63,973 bases of DNA, filler included, from Craspedostauros australis (GCA_030167865.1; 16 parts of 16 records of this genome joined end to end with filler, not necessarily neighbours in it); one strand, 5' to 3'. Shown: positions 49,311 through 62,115, counted from the whole stretch's first letter. Notes: generated from the sequence alone by a model not told the origin. A program made the numbers and translations.

Positions 49311-49432
49311 GCTGTTGTCAACGAATGGTCCACTCATCATCCCATGCTCTCCTGTCCTCACTTCGGCTCAGACCAGTGCACACCATCACATCGAACTAGC
49401 AAACAACACTACTCTACACCAACAGCTACATC

Positions 49433-49831
49433 ATGCCTCTCTCTACCACCCCCAAGGCCCTCTCCAACGATGCCAACCCCTCCCCCAGTAAGAAACCACG
49501 TGCTCACCCTGTGTCTGCTCCCTTCGATTCGAAGGGATTCCTGTTGCCGACTGCAGAGCAACTGTTGCCCNACAAGCCGTCNGCTACGTTGAGGAAGCAG
49601 AGCACCATCACGCGAGTGATGGATGTGAAGCCGATGCATGCAGCGGATGGCAACCTCGTCCCGAACGGTATGCACGCGCACGCTCGCGAGCTGCACGTGT
49701 ACGTTCACATCCTCGACAACAACGGATGCGTCTACGACGACTCCCATGTCGAGGTGCGTTCGGAGGGACGAGGTGTCGGCGATGGAGCAGTGGTGAGCGT
49801 TATCGTGAACGCGCCACCCCATGCTGCAGCT
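49433..49831 (+). CDS. Partial ORF of unknown function, cut by scaffold end
   Basis: ATG, an NLS-like PSKKPR and coding-like third-position bias. No motif recognised. Confidence 0.35.
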
Positions 49832-49931
49832 NNNNNNNNNNNNNNNNNNNNNNNNNNNNNNNNNNNNNNNNNNNNTTAATTAATTAANNNNNNNNNNNNN
49901 NNNNNNNNNNNNNNNNNNNNNNNNNNNNNNN

Positions 49932-52035
49932 TCCGTTGAGCATGGAGCGGATCTTGGTGTAGAGGTACGCGAACTTGCGTTCTACTCTGCCGTTCTGTTG
50001 CGGCGTGTTTGATGCCGTGAACTCGAATTTCATGTTGAGTCCTGCATCGATGAGAATATCCTGCGTGGACTTGTTCTCTCCGCTGTTATCACCTCGGAAG
50101 ATGATCTGTTGATCACCAGTCTGTGACTTGATCGTTTGAACGAACCGTTTGATGTATCCTGGTTGATCACTTTTGTTCTTGAGAAAGAAACTCCAGNNNN
50201 NNNNNNNNNNNNNNNNNNNNNNNNNNNNNNNNNNNNNNNNNNNNNNGAAGCTTATGTGTTTAGTGTAACTAATGTCAATGAAGAGCCGTTCGCCGCGGCG
50301 AGTTGCTCTTGGAATGGTTGCCTTCGGAATATTCTTCACTCTTGCGTTCGCGACCGCGCAGTCGCGACATACCGGCGTCTCGCCGATGATCTTCCATCCG
50401 TATTGAGCGGCCGTCCGCTTCATGGCTTTGAGTGGCGCGTGGCCGAGCATTCGGTGCAGGTTCACCGCGCTGATCTCCTTGGATGGATTCTTGACGATGG
50501 CTGTGCAAGCCNNNNNNNNNNNNNNNNNNNNNNNNNNNNNNNNNNNNNNNNNNNNNNNNNNNNNNNNNNNNNNNNNNNNNNNNNNNNNNNNNNNNNNNNN
50601 NNNNNNNNNNNNNNNNNNNNNNNNNNNNNNNNNNNNNNNNNNNNNNNNNNNNNNNNNNNNNNNNNNNNNNNNNNNNNNNNNNNNNNNNNNNNNCTTGGGT
50701 GTGTACTTCACATCATCGAGCCGGATGACGTGGCCAGTGTTGTCTCGCTGTTTGACCTTCAAGCGAATGGATCCCATCTTGGGAGAGTCCAGCTTCGTGC
50801 TGTCTCCCACTTGGACGAAGGACTTGATGTGCCGCACGTTGAAGAGAGCGGCGTCCGAGTTGACGAGGTGACACGAAGCTCCGCTGTCAGCAAGCCAGGT
50901 GTCCTTGTTGACCTTGTCCTTGTATCTGGTGCTTAGCTCGTGGAGTTGCTCCACAGCTGCCGCAGCTATCTCGTCGTCGAAGCTGCCGTCATCGTCGTCT
51001 TCGTGAATTCCATCTTCGTTGTATGGATGATGATGGTCTCCGTCATCCATGTCGTCGGGTAGTTGCACGTAGTCCGATGCAATTGTGCTGTTTCGATGTG
51101 ATCCTGTGGCTGGATCGTACGGGTGGACGCGTGGTCGTTCGCGTAAGAGTACGCGCATACATCCTCCAAGGATGTAATGAAGATCCGTCTCTGGGATCGT
51201 CTCTGTCTCNGCTGCTTCCAGTATGCGATTGATCACAACCGAATTGGCGAGAATCTCTTCGATCGATCTGAAGTTCTCGGATAGGATCGATCCCATCATG
51301 TTCACCCATATCGGTCTCAGCACTCCTTGTGCGACTCCTGGGAACAGTTTCACCCCTGCTTCCATCACAGCATCGAAGATGAGTTGCTTCTGGATTACCA
51401 ATGCTGTTTCCGTTCCATACGGAATGGTGTCATGACGATGAAGGTAGTTTGATTCATTGGGATTCCCAATCGGTGGGAAGTCGATGTCTCTTGGATAGAC
51501 GACACGCTCGTTTGGATTGAAGCTGTCGTCCGGATGATCCTCGGTTTCGTCGCTGTCATCTTCGTCGAAGATACCCGATCTGTTGTTCCCCGCCGCTGGG
51601 GGAGGCGGTGCTGCGCCGCCGTTCGTCTCGTCTCGGCCTCTATCATTGTCGTTGATCTCGTCGTCGGCCTCGTTGCCCATCTCGGCTCCGTCGCCGTATG
51701 GACCGATCAGGTCGTGCGCGTTGAAGCAGCATTCGTAGCTCACTTCGCGTCTTGGATCCACCTCGTGGATGATTGGCTCCTCGCTGAGCCACTCCGGGAT
51801 GATCTCATCATCCTGCACTTCGTCGTCACTCCTGACGTACTCGAAGTTATCGAAGAAGGAGTCTTCGATGTAGTCGTTGGACACCAACATGCAGAGCGGC
51901 ATGTCTTTTGCTGAGAGTACCATCTCGTGCCCGCTCTTGTCGTGTCCTTGTGTTGCTGTGTTGGCCTGTTCGTTGGCCTTCTTGTTCTCGTTGAACTTCT
52001 TCTTTCGGCACTCCGCCTCGCGGTGTCCGAAGATG
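49932..52035 (-). mobile_element. Ty1/copia gag-pol fragment: zinc knuckle end, long spacer domain, protease, integrase
   Basis: GHREAEC, WLADSGASCH, LHRMLGH...CRDC, RLFIDIS, RGDNSGEN, TPQQNGRVER. Confidence 0.92.
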
Positions 52036-52135
52036 NNNNNNNNNNNNNNNNNNNNNNNNNNNNNNNNNNNNNNNNNNNNTTAATTAATTAANNNNNNNNN
52101 NNNNNNNNNNNNNNNNNNNNNNNNNNNNNNNNNNN

Positions 52136-53338
52136 TCCTGGCTGAGATTCGAGAGCTGCGGCACAGGATTCTGGCGATACTGCACTGGAAGTGGGTGAAA
52201 GGCCACCAGGATGACACTGACAAGCAACTGACAATGCTGGAGAAACTCAACGTAGTAGTCAACAACCACGCCAAGCAGTTCTGGAGCCTGACAGAGAGCC
52301 AACGTCGGGTGAAAAGGTGGCACGCGTCTACGAACAGATGGAGGTTACGTCTCCGCAACGCCGACTACTCGCATGTGGACGCGAAGGAGCTCCACGAGCT
52401 GCTGCAGTNNNNNNNNNNNNNNNNNNNNNNNNNNNNNNNNNNNNNNNNNNNNNNNNNNAAGGAGCTCCACGAGCTGCTGCAGTCTGCCAACGCAGCTACC
52501 TATTGGGCATCAAAGTTCCAGTGGGACGAAGATCAACTGACATAGGTGGACTGGTGCACATACAAGAAGACGCGCGCGGCCAAGAAGAACAAAGAGGTGG
52601 CAAAGTTTGTCTCGAAGTGGTCATCAGGCTTCGTCGGAGTCAACAAGAAGCTGCACCAGGTTGGTCAGCGAGAGACGCCGAAGTGTCAGTTCTGCCAGCA
52701 GGACGAGACAACGATGCATGTGCTCCGCTGTAGCAAACACCAGGAAGCCTGGCAGACCTCTACGTCAGAACTTCTCGACCGCATGGTGCGGGTAAGCGCA
52801 TGTCCGCGACTGGTGCGAAATATGAGAGTGGGGCTGGTGAAATGGAGGCGAAAGCTCCGAGTGGACGGGCCACAAAGTTACATCGGTTGGTACCCCCTCC
52901 TGCTTGGTTTCATCCATAGGGATTAGGTCCGCCAGCAGACACAGTGGATGATGACGAACGAGTGCATATATCCAGACGCGAGAGCGTGGGCGCGAGAGAT
53001 GGTGCGGTGGATCTGGAAAGTACCGTGGACGGTTTGGATTGCCAGGAACGAAAAAGTACATGACGCGGATCAGCATCCAACGATGAAGGACCTGCGCTGA
53101 CAGGTGCAACGGATGCAACAGAGCGCGAGCAGCAACATGACGGCATCGGAGCTTCACCTGCTCAGGAATGGCCAGAATATTGAGTATGAAACCGATCTGC
53201 AAATGCAGCAGTGGGTGCACTCTATGACGGCGGTACAAGTGGCAGTGAAGGCCAGATGCAGGGCTTGATCTATGCAGGCAGAACGACAGGCCATGGCAGC
53301 ATGGCTGGGAATAGGATGAGTGGCAACAGTTGACGGCT
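52136..53338 (+). mobile_element. Degenerate non-LTR retrotransposon (Ambal/L1-like): RNase H end, CCHC finger, Trp-rich tail
   Basis: WVKGHQDD...LN, KCQFCQQDETTMHVLRC, QSYIGW...G, W...W..W..RN..H. In-frame stops at 52543, 52924 and 53098. Confidence 0.8.
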
Positions 53339-54840
53339 CGCTCAAAGCCTGGTCCTACGGGGCCGGCGGCGGCGAGGGTAAAGCCTTGAGGCACATCTAT
53401 GATGTAATCACTGAGTTATTATTATTAGCAGAGTGAACAGCCATTCTGCCTGTCGTGGCTCCGACGTTGGGACCTGCTGGGCGAGCTGGCAAAGGTGGGT
53501 GGGGATGGGTCATGGTGACATCTCTTGGAGTGTTTGGAAGTAAAATCCCATGCGCTGGGACATCACATCGCGCTCTCCTTCCTCGTGAAGCGCGTGGTTC
53601 CGACTAGACCGCTGTTGCAGCATCATGTGCCATAGCTCGTGGATCACCTCTGCCTGCCAGTGGATGGGTCGGCAGCGGTCTGGGGATGGAGGAGGGTTGG
53701 GGCTGTGCTTTGGGGAAATCTAGAGTGGGAACACATACGAGGCAAGTGCTACATATGACCTGTATGACAGAAACACGGAAACGGAACAGTAGGCAGTGAT
53801 ACCAACAAGCACGAACATGCATGTGGAAGCGTTGAGCATTCATTTTTGTTTGCTGTGAATGGAAACAATAAGTGGAGAGGAAGGAACTTCCTGTTGTCAT
53901 AGTCTTCCACCGAGGAAGGCTACTCAACAGCATAGATTAGGCTAGACCATATTGATGACGTCATTGTATGATTAATTTGATTATTTCAGTCCCTCCAAGA
54001 TCCAATGCGAACGCGAACATTTGGGGAGAGCTCCCCACTAGTTGTCACCACGACAGGTTCCAGGGGTGGCTTCATTTTACATGCGATATCTCCCTATTAT
54101 GGGTATCCGAGCGATGCACAGAATAGCTCGCAGCACGTGGGTACTAAACAACTACCCAAAGACAACGACATGCTCACATGAAAGACGTGGTTGGACTTCG
54201 TAAAAACGACAGCACGCGGACAAACCACAAAGGGATTGGCCACCAACACAGGGCGTCCAACAAATCTATGGTGATTTCTCTTCGGTGCATGGTCTGCGTG
54301 AGACTACTCTGCTGCCTCGAACAAACAGCTGTAACCAACACTTTTTGTTACAGTTGGTTACAATTGGATAAAAAACTGCTGTGTAGATCGTAGTACACTT
54401 TCTACATAAGTCCCGAACAAAAACAGGCCAAGAACAGCATCAACCATAGTCAAACTCTCCGGAATTTTCTCGTGTGAGTGTTACTGTACTTATCTTGCCA
54501 TTGTAGCATCATATGGCGTTTATATATATAATCCTAAAGTTTGGTGGCTGTTGCTCTCTTGCTCGGTGAGCACTGATGTGATCCGCCAAGCACCCTTATC
54601 ATTCACGGACGTTTTTGGCTTCTGGTTCCCATGTTTTCTTGTTCTTATTGTTCCAAAGAAGTGTTCCAACCATCGCTGACGTCACGATCACGCAAGCATT
54701 GGAACCAGAATTCTCCAAACTTGCCACCGAGATTGTGGATCCGAGTGGTCAATTATCACTCTGGCTGCCATGGGAGCACAAAACGCAAGCATACCACCCT
54801 ACCATGGCACTCAAACACAATATCCATAATGACGTTTTTC

Positions 54841-54942
54841 TTGCGTCCGGACGCATTCTCTACGTAGCTTGCGTCCGGACGCAAATTGAACGCTCAGTTT
54901 GCGTCCGGACGCAAATTGGGCCAATTTGCGTGGAGACGCAAA
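54841..54942. repeat. Four copies of the palindrome TTGCGTCCGGACGCAA at 27-30 bp spacing
   Basis: Copies at about 54841, 54869, 54899 and 54926 (last one degenerate). Confidence 0.88.
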
Positions 54943-55292
54943 TGCAAGCTCGCCGAAAATACCACTTGTACTACTTAAGTCCCATGTTCCTCCACGATGT
55001 CCCGTGTTGCAGAAAAAAAAAACGATTTCGGTCCGAAACCCGAAAGTGGGTTGTTTTTTTTTCTGACTCCTTCGAGTAACACATTTATTTGGCGATTTTA
55101 AAAAAAAAACACGATACAGCACGGCGTCATTGGTCATGTCTCAGGGGTTCCTTTCCGTGCGCCTGTCTTGCTTTCTCGACGTCATGGGATCTGNNNNNNN
55201 NNNNNNNNNNNNNNNNNNNNNNNNNNNNNNNNNNNNNTTAATTAATTAANNNNNNNNNNNNNNNNNNNNNNNNNNNNNNNNNNNNNNNNNNN

Positions 55293-57965
55293 NTGCCTTC
55301 GGGATGTTCTTCACTCTTGCGTTCGCGACCGCGCAGTCGCGACATACCGGCATCTCGCCGATAATCTTCCATCCATATTGAGCGGCCGTCCGCTTCATGG
55401 TCTCGAGTGGCGTGTGGCCGAGCATTCGATGCAGGTTCACTGCGCTGATCTCCTTGGATGGATTCTTGACGATGGTTGTGCAAACTTTGTCGTCGTCAGT
55501 TGGCATGATGGGATGCATCTGCACTCCCGTGATGAATCCGTTGGATGTAGGGAAGACTCGATCGAACACGATCTTCGTTCCGNNNNNNNNNNNNNNNNNN
55601 NNNNNNNNNNNNNNNNNNNNNNNNNNNNNNNNNNNNNNNNNNNNNNNNNNNNNNNNNNNNNNNNNNNNNNNNNNNNNNNNNNNNNNNNNNNNNNNNNNNN
55701 GCGAATGGATCCCATCTTGGGAGAGTCCAGTTTCGTGCTGTCTCCCACTTGGACGAAGGACTTGATGTGCCGCACGTTGAAGAGGGCGGCGTCTGAATTG
55801 ACGATGTGACACGAAGCTCCGCTGTTGGCGAGCCAGGTGTCCTTGTTGACCTTGTCCTTGTACTTGGTGCTCAGTTCGTGGAGTTGCTTCACAGCTGCCG
55901 CAGCTATCTCGTCGTCGAAGCTGCCGTCGTCGTCGTCTTCGTGAACTCCATCTTCGTTGTATGGAGGATGATGATCTNNNNNNNNNNNNNNNNNNNNNNN
56001 NNNNNNNNNNNNNNNNNNNNNNNNNNNNNNNNNNNNNGATCCTGTGGCTGGATCGTATGGGTGGACGCGTGATCGCTCGCGTAAGAGCACGCGCATGCAT
56101 CCTCCAAGGATGTAATGCAGATCCGTCTCTGGGATCGTTTCCGAGTCGTTCGCTTCCAGTATGCGATTGATGATGATCGCATTGACGAGGATCTCTTCGA
56201 TTGATTCGAAGTGCTCGGATAGGATGGATCCCATCANNNNNNNNNNNNNNNNNNNNNNNNNNNNNNNNNNNNNNNNNNNNNNNNNNNNNNNNNNNNNNNN
56301 NNNNNNNNNNNNNNNNNNNNNNNNNNNNNNNNNNNNNNNNNNNNNNNNNNNNNNNNNNNNNNNNNNNNNNNNNCTCGTGTTGTTCCTGGGAACATTCGCA
56401 TCCCCGCTTCCATTACGGCGTCAAAGATGAGCTGCTTTTGGATTATCAATGCTGTTGTTGTTGCATTCGGGATGGTGATGTGACGGAGGAGGTAATCGAC
56501 ACTGTTGGGATCCTCAATAGGTGGGAAGTCGATGTTCCCTGGGTAGACGACACGCTCGTTTGGGTTGAAGCTGTCGTTTGGATGATTGCCGTCCTCGGAT
56601 TCGTNNNNNNNNNNNNNNNNNNNNNNNNNNNNNNNNNNNNNNNNNNNNNNNNNNNNNNNNNNNNNNNNNNNNNNNNNNNNNNNNNNNNNNNNNNNNNNNN
56701 NNNNNNNNNNNNNNNNNNNNNNNNNNNNNNNNNNNNNNNNNNNNNNNNNNNNNNNNNNNNNNNNNNNNNNNNNNNCCATCTCAGCTTCGTCGCCGTATGA
56801 ACCGATCAGGTCGTGCGCGTTGAAGCAGCATTCGTAGCTCACTTCGCGTCTTGGATCCACATCGTGGATGATTGGCTCCTCATTGAGCCACTCCGGGACG
56901 ATCTCATCGTCCTGCACTTCGTCGTCACTTCCGACGCATGCGAAGTTATCGAAGAAGGAGTCTTCGATGTAGTCGTCGGACACCAACATGCAGAGCGGCA
57001 TGTCTTTCGCAGAGAGTACCATCTNNNNNNNNNNNNNNNNNNNNNNNNNNNNNNNNNNNNNNNNNNNNNNNNNNGTCGTGTCCTTGTGTTGCTGTGTTGG
57101 CCTGTTCGTCGGCCTTCTTCTTCTCGTTGAACTTCTTCTTTCGGCACTCCGCCTCGCGGTGTCCGAAGATGCCGCAGTAGTTGCACTTGCCCTTGAAGCC
57201 GCTTCCCTTGTTGCGCTTTCCGTTCATCTTGTTATTGTTTTTCTTGTTGTTCGATTTCTTGCGTTCTGGGCAATCGGCGGATCTATGGCCATACACGCCA
57301 CAGTTGTGACAAGTNCCCTTGAAGTTACCGGTGCTTGTGAAGCCGGTGTCGTTGCTCTTCGTGTTACTGTCTTGGAAGTCGTCGACGTATGCTTTGCCTC
57401 CTTTGTGCGTGGCGTATGCAGTACGGAGTACTCCTCTGATTGTGTTGATGGTGACCAGTTCCGGATTGAACGTGAGTTGATGTTGGAAGTTCACGATGTG
57501 AGTTCTGTACTCGTTACTCACCGTGCTGAGGATTTGCATGATCATTTCCTCGTCCGAGATCTCATACTTGACATCGTGGAGACGCGATCGTAGACTCTCG
57601 AGTTGNNNNNNNNNNNNNNNNNNNNNNNNNNNNNNNNNNNNNNNNNNNNNNNNNNNNNNNNNNNNNNNNNNNNNNNNNNNNNNNNNNNNNNNNNNNNNNN
57701 NNNNNNNNNNNNNNNNNNNNNNNNNNNNNNNNNNNNNNNNNNNNNNNNNNNNNNCGGAGATGCATTGGTTGATGTACTGGATGGCCTGCTTGCCCTTTCC
57801 TTTCTCTGCATCCATCATGAGGATCAGATCGCTGAAGCAGTCGCATCCCAGCTCGTACATCTCCTCCATCGCTTCCTTGTTTTCATCGGCGGCTGCCGCG
57901 ATCTCGCTCACTGTTGGTACCTTGGTCTTGCCCAACATCACGTCTCTCGTCTTCTGTGCACGAGC
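55293..57965 (-). mobile_element. Second copy of the same Ty1/copia family (gag with two CCHC knuckles, spacer domain, protease, pre-integrase)
   Basis: CHNCGVYGHRSADC and CNYCGIFGHREAEC; close paralogue of 49932-52035; the protease motif reads LANSGAS. Confidence 0.9.
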
Positions 57966-59529
57966 NNNNNNNNNNNNNNNNNNNNNNNNNNNNNNNNNNN
58001 NNNNNNNNNTTAATTAATTAANNNNNNNNNNNNNNNNNNNNNNNNNNNNNNNNNNNNNNNNNNNNGGGAACGGTTGGTTTCCCAGAGAGGTCGTGGTCGT
58101 CGTCTTCGCTGTCCTCTTCTGACTTTTTGCTCTTCTTGGGCATGGGTGTGCCCATGTCGAAGATGCTGTCGTTGAAGAAGGATTGGTCCGTCCGGGTTCT
58201 TGTGTCGCCAGCGGAACGGCTGCGCTCGAGCCCGGGACGGCTTGGGGTCGTGGTGGCTGTCGCCGCTGCTTGGGCAGTGGCTATAGCCGCGTTTGCTGCT
58301 TCTGCAGCGGCTTCGNNNNNNNNNNNNNNNNNNNNNNNNNNNNNNNNNNNNNNNNNNNNNNNNNNNNNNNNNNNNNNNNNNNNNNNNNNNNNNNNNNNNN
58401 NNNNNNNNNNNNNNNNNNNNNNNNNNNNNNNNNNNNNNNNNNNNNNNNNNNNNNNNNNNNNNNNNNNNNNNNNNNNNNNNNNNNNNNNNNNNNNNNNNNN
58501 NNNNNNNNNNNNNNNNNNNNNNNNNNNNNNNNNNNNNNNGTGCGGTTATTGCTTGCTTTGGCAGAGGCTACTGAAGTTCGACCTTGGGTCGCTTACCTTC
58601 AGCTTGGGACTTTTGTCCTCTTGCGTGGCTCGGTTTTCGAGCGGTGGGGATCTGATTTCAGATCAGATGCATTCGATGAGGACGTGGTCCTTGTTGGAAG
58701 CTCGGTCTGCGAGCTGTGCCTTTTGGCTTCGTCTCAGAGAGACTCTTGCGATCGGTTGGCAGAGGAAGATGCTCGGTGGAGTTGNNNNNNNNNNNNNNNN
58801 NNNNNNNNNNNNNNNNNNNNNNNNNNNNNNNNNNNNNNNNNNNCGAATCGGTGGAGAATGCCTCGTGAATCTGCCGGCTTCGGGATAGCCGTGTGATGCA
58901 GTTCAAGAGAGGTGTGCTGTTTGAAGAGTTATAACTTGTAACGATGAGAAGTAGAGTGCTTTGTAGCTAATCCTTGTCTGTTATTATGAGTTAGCTTATT
59001 GGTGTTAGTAGGGTGAAGAAACGATGCCACACAACTAGGCGAGACCCTGCACTGATGCACTTGATTCAGTGCAACAGAGTAGACAGTCAATACAGTGCCT
59101 TGCTCTCCGCACATGTAGTTACACTGCAGTGTAGGTCATGACAATCAGTGATGACGGTCATGAAGCAGTGGCTGTGGCTGANNNNNNNNNNNNNNNNNNN
59201 NNNNNNNNNNNNNNNNNNNNNNNNNNNNNNNTCGGATTCCATTGCTTGAGTTGAAGCAAGTTGGATACGCATGCTGAGACCACGGTGGTAGTGTGATGGT
59301 CATCAGCAATGAAGGAATCGAGGTATGTTTTAGTAAGGAGGATCTGAAGAGCATATAGTTCCCAGGTGGGGTGTGAGTCAGGTCGGTCGGGTTTGAGTCA
59401 TGACGGATTCGTGAATGGAGGAGAGAAAGGAGGAGAAAAGATTTGGTGGTCAATCAAGTCGGAAGATTTCGCGCCAAAACAGGAATTTCTCCCATTGGGT
59501 TGATACCGTGTTCGGTAGTAGTCTGTCCC

Positions 59530-60402
59530 TCATTGAATCTCAACTACACGGATGCATTTGGAGAAAGCATTGACGAATACTGGGAATGGCTCGGACCCGT
59601 CGTAACGGAGTTCGGTGATCTTCTGTTCTTCCTCCGCGATGGCTTCAGCTTTGTGCTCGGTTGATTCGTACGTTCGCACGAGTGCCTGGAATGCATCGTG
59701 TCCGTTGGGCTCGTGTGCCTCCACAATGAACGCTGCACATCCATCCGCCGTCTTTGTGTGCAGCACCGTGTACAGCTGCGTGTCAATCTCCGCCTCGAAG
59801 TGCGATGGTTTGTCGGCGCTGAGGTATGCGGCGTATCTGGATGTGACCAGCTGGCACTTGAATGCGATCTTCCAGTCGTACCAGTCGCAGCTCATTCCAG
59901 TGAACTCGGGTGCTTCCGGCATGCTGATCTTGTCGAACTTCCATCCTGATGGAGTTCGTGGCGATCTGGCAGTGCAAGACACGCGGCTCGGTGAGCTGAC
60001 TGTGATCTCACGACCTGTTGTGCCAGTGGCATCTGCAGCTGCGGCTGCCTCCCTGATCGCCATCTCCGACCGCACTTGAGCAGCTGCATTTGCGACTGGC
60101 GTGCTGACCTCTGGTGGTACGTAGCTGTTTGCTTCGTTGAAGAGGTCAATGGCTGCCCAATCGGTTCGTGCGGTGATGGTGTTGGATCTCGCGTATGTGA
60201 AGATGCGGAGTATGTTGGTGATGTTGATTGATGACAGCGTTGGCGAGAGCGCCAAAGCCGCCACGATGGTGGCGTCCAAGTTGCGGATAACACGATCGAT
60301 TCTTCCGAGTTTCTTGCCGAGGAACGCCATCTCGTCGTCATCGAGCTGTACCAGCTCTTGGATGATCTTGTTGAAGGTGTTGATGTTGGTTGGCCGGTCC
60401 AT
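59530..60402 (-). mobile_element. copia-type Gag, 3'-truncated
   Basis: FTG...DWYDWK..F and LYTVL...T..G.AA.IV......NGHDAFQALVRTYE Gag motifs. An LTR-type CA end and PBS lie ~75 bp upstream. Confidence 0.7.
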
Positions 60403-60448
60403 GGTGATAACTCGTAAGATGGTAAAAGGTGGTGTGGTGTTGGGTGTT

Positions 60449-60478
60449 GCTTAGCGTTGTAAAGCACGACTCTTAATC
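60449..60478 (-). other. Putative primer-binding site complementary to the 5' half of tRNA-Lys(CUU)
   Basis: Minus strand: ...TTTGACA|GATTAAGAGTCGTGCTTTAC... The plus strand reads GACTCTTAATC, the tRNA-Lys(CTT) anticodon arm. Confidence 0.6.
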
Positions 60479-61659
60479 TGTCAAACAGTACAAGTAACTA
60501 CGGAAGACGTATTGGCCCGTTGTTGCGTGCCCTGGTCGGAGCTCTTGTTGTTTATTTGTGAGTGCTGTCCGAAGACAGCCCCCGACCAGTATTTGGCTAG
60601 TACGATTAGTAAAGAAGTAAGAAGTAAGGAATTCTGTGAGAATTGTCAAAAGAGATGAGGAGTGCCTGCCGGCTCATCAGGGCTGAGCGACAAAGTGGAA
60701 CCGATGATGCTTGTCACGATCGGAAGGCGAAGCTCCCTTGATGCATGATCGTTTGTACCCTTGGCGGAATTGGACACGCAGCAATGATGGAGGATTGAAA
60801 CGTATGGTAGACGCCAACTGGCTACAAGATTATACCCAATTGTGTTGTTTGGCAGATTGCGACCGTTTCGTTTCGCCTGTCACTTTCTCTGCGTTGTGCC
60901 TTCTGTGGCTGTTTCTGTGGTTGTCGTTGCCCATTGCTGTTCGTGACTCATCAAATCTTCGTGACTGGATTCGCTCGTTGGATTGGAGGGTTGAGTTTCT
61001 CTTCCCTGATTCGCTTCTCCTTTGAAGTCCGCCTCAGGTTTTTCGATGACGTCTGTTCCGGAATCATGGACCACGCACAAACTCTGACAGCTTGTTTTCT
61101 TCGCCTTCTCCTTTCCGTTTCGAGACCAGCACCACCTCGTGGCACGACTGGATTGCGTCATACGATGGAACAGATTTTGGTGTGTCCTTGTTGGAAGGTC
61201 GTTTCAAGAACAGCGTTTGGCCTATCAAGTACGATTGAATAGTGTATTGGGCCTATCAAATATGGCCTTCTTCAACATGTGGAAGGTGCGGTATATTTAG
61301 CAGTGTCTGTTAAAGTCGAATTCGAATTTATAGACACCGTATGAAATGTAGATCACAAATGTCGAATGCGGATTTCATCGTGCTGCTCACCTGCGCCAAG
61401 GACGGCATGATCATTGGCCAATTCCTGGACATGGGAGTAGTAGCTAAATTAGGTTAGAGTTTCACATGGCATAGTACCAGTGTGGATGATCGAAGCCAGA
61501 GCGCAACCAACAGGCATGTGTTTCTACCATCATGATCAAGCCAAGATAGTGACGCTCACAGATGCCAGCGAGCACCATTTGTATCGCGACGGCAAGGAGA
61601 ATGAAACAATGATGCTACTCTCCACCATGCAAACATCCTCTGGAAACCGAATGGAATAG

Positions 61660-62015
61660 TAGTAGTTGTAGCCGTAGCTCGATGCGAGCACAGCCACATT
61701 CATGTATTGCGTAATATGAAACCACATCATAATACAATGCAGTTGTGCGGAGAAACACAAGCGTGCAAGTGCATGCGATTGCTTCCCTTTCACCAACGTC
61801 CCAGTCCAGTTCATTTGCCGTAACCACTGCTGGACGACAGCTTGGGATACAACTCGCACGTCTTCAAGGCTTCGTTGAACTTATCGCGCAGCGTATCAAA
61901 GTCCTCCAATCCCACAGCGATGCGGATGAGGTTGGGCGAGACGTCGTAGCTCATGGCAAAATCCAACTCATGATAATGCGCCAGCAGCGTGTAGGGACAC
62001 ACCAGCGTGAAATTG
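61660..62015 (-). other. Second copy of the cystathionine gamma-synthase-like 3' end (stop 61811) with its 3' flank, cut by scaffold end
   Basis: Essentially identical to ~23505-23859. Confidence 0.8.
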
Positions 62016-62115
62016 NNNNNNNNNNNNNNNNNNNNNNNNNNNNNNNNNNNNNNNNNNNNTTAATTAATTAANNNNNNNNNNNNNNNNNNNNNNNNNNNNN
62101 NNNNNNNNNNNNNNN

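Noticed and set aside
54841..54942. CRISPR-like array (also considered for 42476-42652)
   Set aside because: Spacers are only ~4-14 bp, repeats are too short, there are no cas genes, and the context is eukaryotic.
8938..62071. Recurring TTAATTAATTAA as a biological repeat or piggyBac TTAA target
   Set aside because: Always centred in fixed-length N runs; it is an assembly linker.
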